Shown here: positions 1 to 8,376 of the stretch, in pieces
How the letters are laid out: every line of letters starts with the position of its first letter
Numbering within the stretch: position 1 is the first letter of the stretch
Assembly: GCA_040386535.1 (NCBI GenBank)
Contig: JAZKFH010000011.1
Location: forward strand, 32,001-96,000
Source: Myxococcota bacterium
Lineage (GTDB): Bacteria; Myxococcota_A; UBA796; SXON01
Direction: 5' to 3'
DNA length: 64,000 bases
Translations under genes and position numbers: made by a program
The notes under the pieces: generated by a model
What the model was told of the DNA's origin: nothing
Seen by the model: only the letters and a program-made list of their open reading frames with translations
Databases searched by the model: none

Positions 1-2
1 TG

Positions 3-551
3 TCGGGGGATCCGTCGTTTCGGGAGATCCTCCGCGCCGTCCGCGTGCGCACCCTGGCCGCGTACGATCGGCAGGACGTGCCCTTCGAGGCCGTGGTGCA
101 CGCGCTCGAGGCCCGCGCTTCCGCGAGCGGTGGCGGCCTCGATCGCGCGACGCTCTTCCAGGCCATGTTCATCCTTCAGAGCGCGCCCATCCCCACGCTC
201 GACCTGCCCGGCCTCGTCGTGGAGAGTTGGGAGCGCGACGCGCCGCCGCTGATGACATCCTTCGACGTGAAGCTGGTCCTGGAGGAGGTCGCCGGTGGGC
301 TCGTCGGTTCGCTCGTCTATCGGGAGGCGTTCGTGGAGGAGACCGCCATGACGACGTTGCTGGGCCTGTTCGAGGTCCTGTTGGAAGACGTATCGGGAGG
401 ATCGGACGAGCAACTGTCGACGTGGCGCCGGTACGCCCGGGCGGTGAATACGACAGAGTTTGCGTCCCCCCTTGACGACGGCCAGCCTGCGGCGGATCCT
501 CCTCGGGCCCCTGTTTCCAGCGGGCCAAAGAACGTAGGAGGTACCTCATGA
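3..551 (+). CDS. NRPS condensation domain, C-terminal part (5'-partial; gene ends after the C domain)
   Basis: Frame from nt 3 reads SGDPSFREILRAVRVRTLAAYDRQDVPFEAVVHAL...LFQAMFILQ...FDVKLVL...LVGSLVYREAF, the typical C-terminal motifs of a C domain. mbtH lies nearby. Confidence 0.85.
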   Translation, partial: SGDPSFREILRAVRVRTLAAYDRQDVPFEAVVHALEARASASGGGLDRATLFQAMFILQSAPIPTLDLPGLVVESWERDAPPLMTSFDVKLVLEEVAGGLVGSLVYREAFVEETAMTTLLGLFEVLLEDVSGGSDEQLSTWRRYARAVNTTEFASPLDDGQPAADPPRAPVSSGPKNVGGTS

Positions 552-727
552 GCAACTTGGACGTGCGCCTGGATCCCGCCAACTTCACGAAGCTGAATCC
601 GCGCGAGCTGGACGAGCTGAACGCGACCGTGAACGCCGAGCTTCTCAAGAATCCGGCGCTGCAGAAGTCGCTTCGTGGCAAGGTGGACGCCTTCTCCGCG
701 CACCTGAAGAAGACCAAGGAGGGCTGA
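548..727 (+). CDS. 59-aa hypothetical protein (not in ORF track)
   Basis: AGGAGG RBS at 536-541. ATG 548 overlaps the upstream TGA (ATGA). Reads MSNLDVRLDPANFTKLNPRELDELNATVNAELLKNPALQKSLRGKVDAFSAHLKKTKEG with strongly GC3-biased codons. Confidence 0.8.
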   Translation: MSNLDVRLDPANFTKLNPRELDELNATVNAELLKNPALQKSLRGKVDAFSAHLKKTKEG

Positions 728-757
728 CGGCGGCGCCTACGGTCTGGAGGGACGGCG

Positions 758-2545
758 ATGTCGCGAGACCCCGATGACTCGCGCCTGGCTCCACCGGGGC
801 CGTTTCACGAGTCGTGCTACGTGGCGGCCCGGGACGGTACCCGGCTCGCCGTCTTCCTTTTTCGTCCGGCCGAATCCGGTCGCCCGGTCGCCCGGCCACT
901 GCCCGTGGTCTGGACGCACAACCGGTACCACGCTCAGGGGGCGGCGCCCGAGCGGGTCCGGGCCTGGGAAGAGCACCTTCCCTGGCTGAACCCCGCCGCG
1001 TCGCAGCCCCCGGTCTCGTCGGTGTCGCTGGACGACACCCCGTGGTTGGGGGAGCTGGTGGACAACGGCTACGTCGTCGCGATCGTGGACGCGCGGGGGA
1101 GCGGCGCGTCGTTCGGGACGCGCTCCGGCCCGCTGTCACCGGACGAGGCGCGGGACGCCTACGACCTGACCGAGTGGTTCGCGTCACAGCCGTGGTGCGA
1201 CGGCGCCGTCGGCATGTTCGGGCGCTCGTACATGGGCACGAACCAGATGTTCGCCGCGGCCGCTCCGTCGCCGCACCTGCGCGCCGTCTTCCCCGAGATG
1301 GCCCTGTTCGACCTCTACACCTTCGTGTACTCCGGCGGCGTGTTCCGCCATGACTTCGCCCGGAGCTGGTCCCGGGACGTGGCGCGTCGTGACCGGGAGG
1401 ATCCCGCGGTGCGCGTCGGCGGAGATCCGTCCGGGGCGTTGCTGGCCGAGGCGCGCGCGGTGCACGCGTTCAACCGGGACACCTACGGGATGTTCGCGAA
1501 CCTGCCGCACCGTGACTCGACCGATCTCGAGTCCGGGGAACGCTCGTACGACCTGCGGAACCCCGCGTACGACGGCCACGCGTTGCGAACGCCGAAGATC
1601 CCGGTGTACCTCCTCGCGGGTTGGTACGACCCCTTCGTCCGGGACGCCTTCGCCTGGTTCGTGAACACGCCCGGCGTCCGACGGCTGGTGGTGGGGCCCT
1701 GGGCTCACACCGGGAACCTGGGCTTCGACCTCGCCGCCGAGCACCTGCGTTGGTACGACCGCTGGCTCAAGGGCGCGCCCGATCCCATCGAGGACGAAGC
1801 CCCGCTTCATTTCTATGTCATCGGCGCCCCGGAGGGCGAGCGTTGGCGCGCCGCGTGGTCGTGGCCCCTCCCCGAGGCGCGGCCCCTCGACCTCTACCTG
1901 TGTGCAGGCCCGACGGGGACCGTTCGTTCGTGCAACGACGGGCTGTTGGGCTCCGCCCCGCCGAAAGGTGAGGCCGTGGACGAGTACCGGGTCGACTACA
2001 CGGCCACCTCCGGCACGGCCAGCCGCTGGACCAACGCCTACGGAGGCCCCTTCGGCTACCGGGATCTGCTGTCCAACGACGAAAAGGGCCTCACGTACAC
2101 GACCGGTGCGCTCGAGGCGGATCTCAACGTCGTCGGACATCCCGTCGCGCACGTGTGGGTGTCCTCGTCGGCCGAGGACCTCGACCTCTTCGCCTTTCTC
2201 GAGGAAGTGGGCCCCGACGGCGCCGTCCGCTACGCCTCGGAGGGGGTGCTGCGTGCGTCCCACCGCGCGCTGGCGACGCCCCCCTTCCTCCTCCCCGGCG
2301 GTGTCCCGTTCCATCGGAGCGGGGCGGGGGATGTCGCGCCCCTGCCGCGCCACCCGGTGGAGCTCGTGTTCGACCTGCACCCGATCGCGCGCCGCTTCCC
2401 GCGGGGGCACCGGGTTCGCCTGACACTGACCTGCGCGGACCGTGACAACGCCCTCACCCCCGAGTCTCCGGAACCTCCCCTGGTTCGGATCCATCGGGGC
2501 GAGCAGACGCCGACGCGCCTGGTCCTGCCGGTGGTGCCGGGCTGA
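758..2545 (+). CDS. CocE/NonD-family (peptidase S15-like) serine hydrolase
   Basis: RDGTRLA, GYVVAIVDARGSGASFG, nucleophile GRSYMG, AGWYD and GPWAH triad motifs, PepX-C-like C-terminus. GGAGG RBS. Confidence 0.9.
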   Translation: MSRDPDDSRLAPPGPFHESCYVAARDGTRLAVFLFRPAESGRPVARPLPVVWTHNRYHAQGAAPERVRAWEEHLPWLNPAASQPPVSSVSLDDTPWLGELVDNGYVVAIVDARGSGASFGTRSGPLSPDEARDAYDLTEWFASQPWCDGAVGMFGRSYMGTNQMFAAAAPSPHLRAVFPEMALFDLYTFVYSGGVFRHDFARSWSRDVARRDREDPAVRVGGDPSGALLAEARAVHAFNRDTYGMFANLPHRDSTDLESGERSYDLRNPAYDGHALRTPKIPVYLLAGWYDPFVRDAFAWFVNTPGVRRLVVGPWAHTGNLGFDLAAEHLRWYDRWLKGAPDPIEDEAPLHFYVIGAPEGERWRAAWSWPLPEARPLDLYLCAGPTGTVRSCNDGLLGSAPPKGEAVDEYRVDYTATSGTASRWTNAYGGPFGYRDLLSNDEKGLTYTTGALEADLNVVGHPVAHVWVSSSAEDLDLFAFLEEVGPDGAVRYASEGVLRASHRALATPPFLLPGGVPFHRSGAGDVAPLPRHPVELVFDLHPIARRFPRGHRVRLTLTCADRDNALTPESPEPPLVRIHRGEQTPTRLVLPVVPG

Positions 2546-3329
2546 CGGGCGCGTCGGAAGCATACCGGCGTGCAATCCGAAACAACGCCCATCGGAGCTG
2601 GAGGGCAGCGGCGCCCTCCCGCGCGAGCTGGGGCGCACGCGCGGCCAACATCCGCGGCGTCATCCACCACTGGTTGACGGCGATGCACGTCTCCAGGTAC
2701 CGGGCGCGATGCCACCACCCGTACGGGATGAACAGGATGTCCCCTGGCTCGAGCACGGCATCAAAGTCCGGAGGGGGGCGCGGCCCCGGCTGGGCGTCCG
2801 GATAGTCCCAGGTGGCCGAGCACGAGTACCACGTCTGTCGGCACTGATCGGCGGCGGGCACGACGGACGGTGCATAGAGCTCGACCCGCTTGCGGCCGCG
2901 CACCTGCACCAGGAAATTGTGGGCGAAATCGCAGTGTAGCTGCGAAAGCCACCCCGGCGGCCCGATCCAGTAGTTCGTGTGGGAGAGCGCGCGGATCGCG
3001 CCGGTCGGAGGGAAGCGGGTGTGCTCCTTCAACGCGGGGATGTGCCTTCCCAGGTCGACCGTACCGAGGAAGCCGGCATCCAGCGCGTCCCCGTGCCCCA
3101 GTTGCTCGAGAAACGCGGCGAGCGTGGTGTCACGCGTGGCGAAGCCGTCCGAAACGCTCATGCCACCGAGGGAGACCGTGACGGGCAACGCGCCGTGTGT
3201 GCCAGCCAACCAATCCAGGGACCAGAGGGAGGCCGACGGCCAGTCCTTGGCGCCGCCCTCCAGGACGAAGGGGCGTCCACGTTTCGTTTGCACCATCGGG
3301 TTCGAAGCTCCTGCGAGGGACGTGCGCAT
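2454..3329 (-). CDS. JmjC/cupin-like Fe(II)/2-oxoglutarate oxygenase
   Basis: WIGPPGWLSQLHCDFAHNFLVQVRGRKRV and LEPGDILFIPYGWWH give the HxD...H facial triad. Start placed at ATG 3329 (3296 is an alternative). The 3' end overlaps the hydrolase gene by 92 nt. Confidence 0.85.
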   Translation of the reverse strand: MRTSLAGASNPMVQTKRGRPFVLEGGAKDWPSASLWSLDWLAGTHGALPVTVSLGGMSVSDGFATRDTTLAAFLEQLGHGDALDAGFLGTVDLGRHIPALKEHTRFPPTGAIRALSHTNYWIGPPGWLSQLHCDFAHNFLVQVRGRKRVELYAPSVVPAADQCRQTWYSCSATWDYPDAQPGPRPPPDFDAVLEPGDILFIPYGWWHRARYLETCIAVNQWWMTPRMLAARAPQLAREGAAALQLRWALFRIARRYASDAPVSPAPPAGPGASASARPDGSEPGEVPETRG

Positions 3330-3392
3330 GAAGGCATGCTCATGACCCTGTGCCGACAGGCATGATAATCGAGCGAGACGACGGGAGACTCG

Positions 3393-3599
3393 ATGCCGGA
3401 CGCGACCTACGCCGTGGTCATCAACCACGAGGAGCAGTACTCGGTCTGGGCCGCCGACCGGGAGCCTCCCCCCGGATGGCGCGTCGTCGGCGTGACGGGG
3501 ACGAAGGACGAGTGTCTCGCCCACATCGAACGGGTGTGGACCGACATGCGGCCGGCGAGCCTTCGCGGGGCGGCGTCGGGGTTCAATTCGGCGGAGTGA
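3393..3599 (+). CDS. mbtH: MbtH-like NRPS accessory protein
   Basis: [12 protein letters not shown]...PPGW...[17 protein letters not shown], the canonical MbtH signature with three Trp. Confidence 0.95.
   Translation: MPDATYAVVINHEEQYSVWAADREPPPGWRVVGVTGTKDECLAHIERVWTDMRPASLRGAASGFNSAE
3499..3571 (+). repeat. Direct repeat copy 1 (3' half of mbtH)
   Basis: 73 bp, 5 mismatches versus 4808-4880 by manual alignment. Confidence 0.9.
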
Positions 3600-3748
3600 A
3601 CGGAGCGGGGCGATGGCGTCGGAGCGGGGCAGGTGACCATCGTCTCAATCCGAGCGCTCCCGTCCCGCGCCCTCCGCCTACGATCCCCACCACGAGCGCC
3701 GATCACGCGATCACCTCGAACGGGATCGTAATGTTCAATTCCCTCGGG

Positions 3749-3766
3749 ATCCCGTTGGGATCACCA
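3749..3766 (+). other. Possible tRNA 3'-end remnant (att-like site)
   Basis: ATCCCGTTGGGATCACCA ends in CCA and resembles tRNA-Glu 3' ends. A T-loop-like GTTCAATTCCC precedes it and a terminator follows. No full cloverleaf. Confidence 0.45.
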
Positions 3767-3810
3767 ACTCCAGATAAGCCGCCGCAAGGCGGCTTTTCGC
3801 TTTTTGGAGT
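3767..3810 (+). terminator. Intrinsic terminator
   Basis: AAGCCGCC-GCAA-GGCGGCTT hairpin followed by TTCGCTTTTT. Outer ACTCCA/TGGAGT pairing. Confidence 0.8.
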
Positions 3811-3910
3811 GGGTGGGTTGTCGCGACGTGGCTTCGCAAAGATGCGACCGTTTCCTGGGTCGCAGTACCGAGGGAGCTCGGGCCCACGGACAGCGGCCGC
3901 GGCCCCGCCC

Positions 3911-4486
3911 TCACTCCCCCCGGCACACCCGCCCTGCAGCGGCCGCCGCGCTCGCCAACGCCGCGATCAGGGCGCCGCGGGCGATCGATCTGCCGCGCAG
4001 GTGGGCGTGCTCCGCCGCGGGCCGGTCGAACGAGCGCAGCAGGTGTGCCCGCTGCTCGTCCACGTAGGCGTAGAGCCGCGCGGGCGCATCCGCGGGGTTC
4101 GTCCACCGCGGCGGCGTGGCGACCGGGAACCACGTGGCCCAGGGCGACTCCATGTCGCGGAGTACGGCCAGGCGTACGCGGTCGCCGTCCGGCTCCAGGA
4201 GGATCCAGGAGGCCACGTCATCCTGGGCCGAGCGCAGCAGCGCGGGGAGCCCGAGCGAGAGGCGGTGAGCGGCCTCCGCCGCCATTCGCTCCATCAGGTC
4301 GAGCGGGGCCCAACCGGCGCGCTCCCACGGCACCCCGTCGGTCGGCACGAGGCGGAGGCCGACCTCGTCGAAGTCGGGCGTCCACTCTGGCTTGAGCTCC
4401 CGCCACTCGGACAGGGTCAGGGTGCTCGCCGGCTGCTCGTCCCAGTCGGACTCGGCGGGGTCGTGGACGAGGATCTCGAACACCAT
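3911..4486 (-). CDS. Hypothetical protein, probable immunity protein
   Basis: 191 aa with an acidic, Trp-rich N-terminus. Starts 6 nt after the stop of a toxin-like fragment. Confidence 0.6.
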   Translation of the reverse strand: MVFEILVHDPAESDWDEQPASTLTLSEWRELKPEWTPDFDEVGLRLVPTDGVPWERAGWAPLDLMERMAAEAAHRLSLGLPALLRSAQDDVASWILLEPDGDRVRLAVLRDMESPWATWFPVATPPRWTNPADAPARLYAYVDEQRAHLLRSFDRPAAEHAHLRGRSIARGALIAALASAAAAAGRVCRGE

Positions 4487-4492
4487 GCGCCC

Positions 4493-4807
4493 TCACTTCG
4501 ACTTGAACAGCCAGACGATCGCCTTCATCGCGTCTTCACCAAGGCTCACTACGTCGGGGCCGGCCTTCGGGTAGAACGAGACCATCCCGTTGGTCCCACC
4601 CTCGAGGGTCACGCGCACCTCGAACGTTATTCCCGCCCACGATGATGTCGTCGACGGCGCTGGTGCCCGGCGCGATCCGCGCGACCAGCGTCGGGACGCC
4701 CGGCGTCTGCAGATCGCCGAACGAGGTGACGGTCGCGATGGTCTGCCCGTTGGGGAGGAGGCCCTGCGACTGCTTCACGTTGCTGGTGACGACGGCGAAG
4801 CCCTCCC
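4493..4807 (-). pseudogene. Orphan polymorphic-toxin C-terminal fragment with 1-nt frameshift
   Basis: No start codon. Removing one A near 4630 joins ...SAVDDIIVGG to ITFEVRVTLEGGTNGMVSFYPKAGPDVVSLGEDAMKAIVWLFKSK-stop. The SFYP motif recalls RNase toxin tips. Confidence 0.5.
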
Positions 4808-4880
4808 GGACGAAGGACGAGTGTTCCGCCCACATCGCCCGGGTGTGGACCGACATGCGGCCGGCGCGCCTTCGCGGGGC
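4808..4880 (+). repeat. Direct repeat copy 2 (orphan mbtH 3' half)
   Basis: Encodes [23 protein letters not shown] without the MbtH N-terminal half. Confidence 0.9.
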
Positions 4881-4964
4881 CGAGGCGGGATTTCTCCCGA
4901 AGGCTGTTGACCCCGGGGAGGACCGCAAGGAGGCGTCGTGTGACGACAAGCTACCATCCCCCCA

Positions 4965-6041
4965 ATGCTCCTCCTCCTGACCCTCGCCTGCACCCCCCCG
5001 CCCCCCGACGACACCGCCACCGCCATCGACTGGGCCGCGCCCGGCCCGTGGACCGCCGGCACCGCGCCCTTCTCCCTGACCGTGGAGGGCCGCGACGCGC
5101 CCGTGCCCGCGCGGGTGTGGTACCCGGCCGCGCCGTCGGAGGGGGACTCCTCGCTGGACGCCCTGGTCACCGACGAGGCCGACCGCGCCACGCTCGCCGG
5201 CCTCCTCGCCGCCGCGCCGCCGGGATGCCCGGCCCTGCGCACCTCGGCCGTCATCGCCCCGCCAGCCGCCGACCTCGACGCCGCGCCGCTCGTCGCGTTC
5301 TCGCATTGTCACACCTGCCTCGGGCTCTCCGGCGCCACGATCGCCGCGCATCTCGCCAGCCACGGCGTCGTCGTGGTCGCGCCGGATCACACCGGCAACA
5401 CGCTGTTCGATCTGCTCGACGGCGACGGCGGTTCCCTCGACGAGGAGACGCTCGCCCAACGTGCACGCGACGTGTCCGCCGCCATCGACGTGGCGCTCGC
5501 GGGCGGGCTCGACGGGCCGCCGATCGATCCGTCTCGCGTCGGGGTGCTCGGCCACAGCTTCGGGGCGATCACCGCGGGCCGTGTGCTCGCCACCGACGCC
5601 CGCGTGCGCGCGGCCATGACCATGGGCGCGCCGCTCGACAACCCGCTGATCTCCGGCGTCGACGCGGCGTCCGTGACGGAGCCGGTGCTCCAGCTGCTCC
5701 TGGAGGAGGACCACAGCGTCGGCGCCGCCGGCAACCTGCTCATCGAGGCCAACCACGACGAATTGGGCGGCCCCGCCTGGCTCGCGCGGCTGCCCGACGG
5801 CGGGCATTGGTCCGTCTCTGATTTGTGCGGCGTGATCGAGGGCTTCCTGCCGGGCTGCGGCGAGGACACCCGTCAAGACGGCGGCGCCCCCTTCACCTAC
5901 GTCCCGGCGGACGACGGCCGTGCCGCAGCCGCCGCGCTCGCCGCCGCCTTCTTCGCCGCCACGCTCGACGGTGACGCTGCAGCGGAGGCGTGGTTGGCCA
6001 CGCCGGACACGCGTGCGGGGGTGTCGGTGGAGGAGCGGTAA
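4965..6041 (+). CDS. Alpha/beta-hydrolase lipoprotein (PAF-acetylhydrolase/dienelactone-hydrolase-like)
   Basis: MLLLLTLAC lipobox, PLVAFSH, LASHGVVVVAPDHTGNT, GHSFG nucleophile elbow, GGHW His. Confidence 0.85.
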   Translation: MLLLLTLACTPPPPDDTATAIDWAAPGPWTAGTAPFSLTVEGRDAPVPARVWYPAAPSEGDSSLDALVTDEADRATLAGLLAAAPPGCPALRTSAVIAPPAADLDAAPLVAFSHCHTCLGLSGATIAAHLASHGVVVVAPDHTGNTLFDLLDGDGGSLDEETLAQRARDVSAAIDVALAGGLDGPPIDPSRVGVLGHSFGAITAGRVLATDARVRAAMTMGAPLDNPLISGVDAASVTEPVLQLLLEEDHSVGAAGNLLIEANHDELGGPAWLARLPDGGHWSVSDLCGVIEGFLPGCGEDTRQDGGAPFTYVPADDGRAAAAALAAAFFAATLDGDAAAEAWLATPDTRAGVSVEER

Positions 6042-6084
6042 GGGTCCCCAACCCACCCCCGCCCCAACGCGTTACCCCCACCCG

Positions 6085-8283
6085 ATGAACCTCGCCGTCG
6101 CGACGGAGGCGCTCGACCGTTGGCTGGAGCGTGTGTGTGACGCCGAGCGGCGGCGCGCGGAGCGGCTTCACGACGGGGTGCAGGCCGGGTGGGACGCGGT
6201 GCGCGCCCAGCTCGCGCCGGCCCTCGACACGCTCGCGGAGGAGCCGTCCGCCGCGCTCCCGCTCCCCGACGCGATCGCCCGCCTGCCGCTTGCGCCGCTC
6301 GATCGGGAGGTCCTGTGGATCCTCCTCGCTCCGTGGCTGGAGCCCCGCTACGGCGCGGTGTACCGCGTGCTGCAGGACGACCTGACGGAGCGCGGCGTCA
6401 CCGAGCGCTTGCTGGTGCGGGTGTTGGGCCGGGGGCCGGCGGTGATGGCGCGGCTGCTCGCGGACGCGCCGCTGCTGGAGGGCGGGTGGGTGCAGGCTGG
6501 CCTGTCCGCGGGGCCGCTGACGCGCCCGTTCGAGGTGGCCCCGGAGGTGCGCGTGGCGCTGCTCGGCGGGCCGGTGCCGGCCCGCTTCGAAGGCGCGCCC
6601 GTCGAGGCGCCCGGGGAGGCGCGGGGGCCAGCGCCGGAGTGGCAGGTGCGGCACGGGCTCTCGCCGTGGGTGGTGCCGGACGGGGCGCTGCGCGTGGCCC
6701 CCACGCGGCTGGACCGGGCGGCGCTGCTGCGCGCGTGGCGGCTCGCCATCGCCCACGATCGGGCGCTGGAGCTGGACCTGGGGCGCTTGTCCACGGCGGA
6801 GGCCGAGGCGCTCGCGCTGGAGGCGTGGTCGCTGGCCGCGGTGATGGGCACCGCGGTGCGGCTGCGCACGCCCGAGCCGGTGCCGCTGCCGGTGCTGCAC
6901 CAGGGGCTCGCGGCCGCGGCGTGGCCGGCGCGCCGGGACGCGTGGCGGGCGCTCGGGCAGGGAGAGGCGGCCGCGGGCCGGCTGGCGGGATGGAGGCTGG
7001 ATCCGGGCGAGATCACCGCGCTCGGCGCGCGCCTGCCGACCGCGGACGAGCCGGAGCTGCACGACACCGCGGCGCGGCTGCTCGCGGTGCCCATCCCCCA
7101 CGGCCGGCGCGTGAGCCCGCTGCGGAGCCTGGACGATCTCGTGCTGCGCGCGGAGACGCGGGAGGCGCTGGGCCGGCTGGCGTGGTTCCTGCGCGAGCGC
7201 GACCGGCTCGCGGCGCTCGACGGACTGGAGGCGCGCTTCCGGCTGCGGCGGGGGCCGCTGATCCTGTTCTCGGGCCGCTCGGGCACGGGCAAGACGGTCG
7301 CGGCGGAGGGGGTGGCGCGCGCGGCGCAGCGGCCGCTCGTCGTGGTGGATCTGTCGCGCCTCGTGTCGAAGTACATCGGGGAGACCGAGAAGAACATCGA
7401 CACGATCCTGTCGGCCGCGGAGCGCTCGGGGGTGGTGCTGTTCTTCGACGAGGCGGACGCGCTCTTCGCGCAGCGGACCGAGGTGTCGTCTTCGAACGAC
7501 CGCTTCGCGAACCTGGAGGTGGGGTACCTGCTGCAGCGCGTGGAGGTGCACGAGGGGCCGGTGATCCTCGCCACCAACCTGCGCCAGACCATCGACGAGG
7601 CGTTCCTGCGGCGCATGAGCTACCGCATCGAGTTCCCGCTGCCCGACGCCGAAGAGCGCGCGGCGTTGTGGGCGGCGATGGTGGGCGAGCGGGAGGGGGT
7701 CTCGCTCGGCGCGCTCGCGCAACGGCACCGGCTCGCCGGCGGCGACATCCGCAACGCGTCGCTCAAAGCGATGCTGCTGGCGGAGCAGGAGCAGAGCCCG
7801 CTCACGACGAACCACCTGGAGCGCGCCGTTCAGCTCGAGCTGTTGGAGCTCGGGCGCCTCGCCCGGCGCGAGAACGCCCCGAGCGATCGCGGCCCGGCGC
7901 TGCGCGCGCAGCTCGTGCGCCTGGAGCAGACGTTGGAGGCGAGCCTCAAGGCGCGTTTCCCGCGCGAGGTGCACCTGCTGCACGGATCGCCGACGCGGGA
8001 GGCGCTCGCGGGCCGCCGCCCGGCGGTGTCGCTCTCCGTGTTCCGCATGGCGCACGCCACCGCGGCGCTGAAGGTGGGGATCATCGTGTCGGCGTGGTCG
8101 CAGCGGGCCGAGGAGGAGAACGAGCTGCTCGCGGCCGCCGCCGCCGCCCTCGCCGACGCGCGGAGCTGGCTGCGCGTGCAGGAGAGCCACGACTTCGAGC
8201 TCCTCCACCGCTTCTGGTCGAGCCACGGCCAGCCGATCCGCGCGTCGCTGGTGGTCGACCTGGAGGTCGCCGAGGAGCCCTGA
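6085..8283 (+). CDS. eCIS AAA+ ATPase (Afp15/Pvc15-like) with C-terminal Pvc16/DUF4255-like extension
   Basis: Walker A GRSGTGKT, VDLSRLVSKYIGETEKN, Walker B LFFDEADALF, DRFANLEVGYLLQR, IDEAFLRR. Start at ATG 6085 (MNLAVA). Confidence 0.9.
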   Translation: MNLAVATEALDRWLERVCDAERRRAERLHDGVQAGWDAVRAQLAPALDTLAEEPSAALPLPDAIARLPLAPLDREVLWILLAPWLEPRYGAVYRVLQDDLTERGVTERLLVRVLGRGPAVMARLLADAPLLEGGWVQAGLSAGPLTRPFEVAPEVRVALLGGPVPARFEGAPVEAPGEARGPAPEWQVRHGLSPWVVPDGALRVAPTRLDRAALLRAWRLAIAHDRALELDLGRLSTAEAEALALEAWSLAAVMGTAVRLRTPEPVPLPVLHQGLAAAAWPARRDAWRALGQGEAAAGRLAGWRLDPGEITALGARLPTADEPELHDTAARLLAVPIPHGRRVSPLRSLDDLVLRAETREALGRLAWFLRERDRLAALDGLEARFRLRRGPLILFSGRSGTGKTVAAEGVARAAQRPLVVVDLSRLVSKYIGETEKNIDTILSAAERSGVVLFFDEADALFAQRTEVSSSNDRFANLEVGYLLQRVEVHEGPVILATNLRQTIDEAFLRRMSYRIEFPLPDAEERAALWAAMVGEREGVSLGALAQRHRLAGGDIRNASLKAMLLAEQEQSPLTTNHLERAVQLELLELGRLARRENAPSDRGPALRAQLVRLEQTLEASLKARFPREVHLLHGSPTREALAGRRPAVSLSVFRMAHATAALKVGIIVSAWSQRAEEENELLAAAAAALADARSWLRVQESHDFELLHRFWSSHGQPIRASLVVDLEVAEEP

Positions 8284-8376
8284 CCGCCGGACCGCCCGCG
8301 CCGCCGGACCCCGGGCGTTCGCGAGTAACTTCTGTCGCGAATGGGTCGCGACCCGGAGGCGCTCGCACGTTAGCGG

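Noticed and set aside
3682..3766. Complete tRNA gene
   Set aside because: No D-arm or anticodon arm can be folded; only the 3' end is tRNA-like.
8311..8356. TCGCGA palindromes upstream of the toxin gene
   Set aside because: Short GC-rich palindromes are expected by chance, with no U-tract or second copy to support a function.
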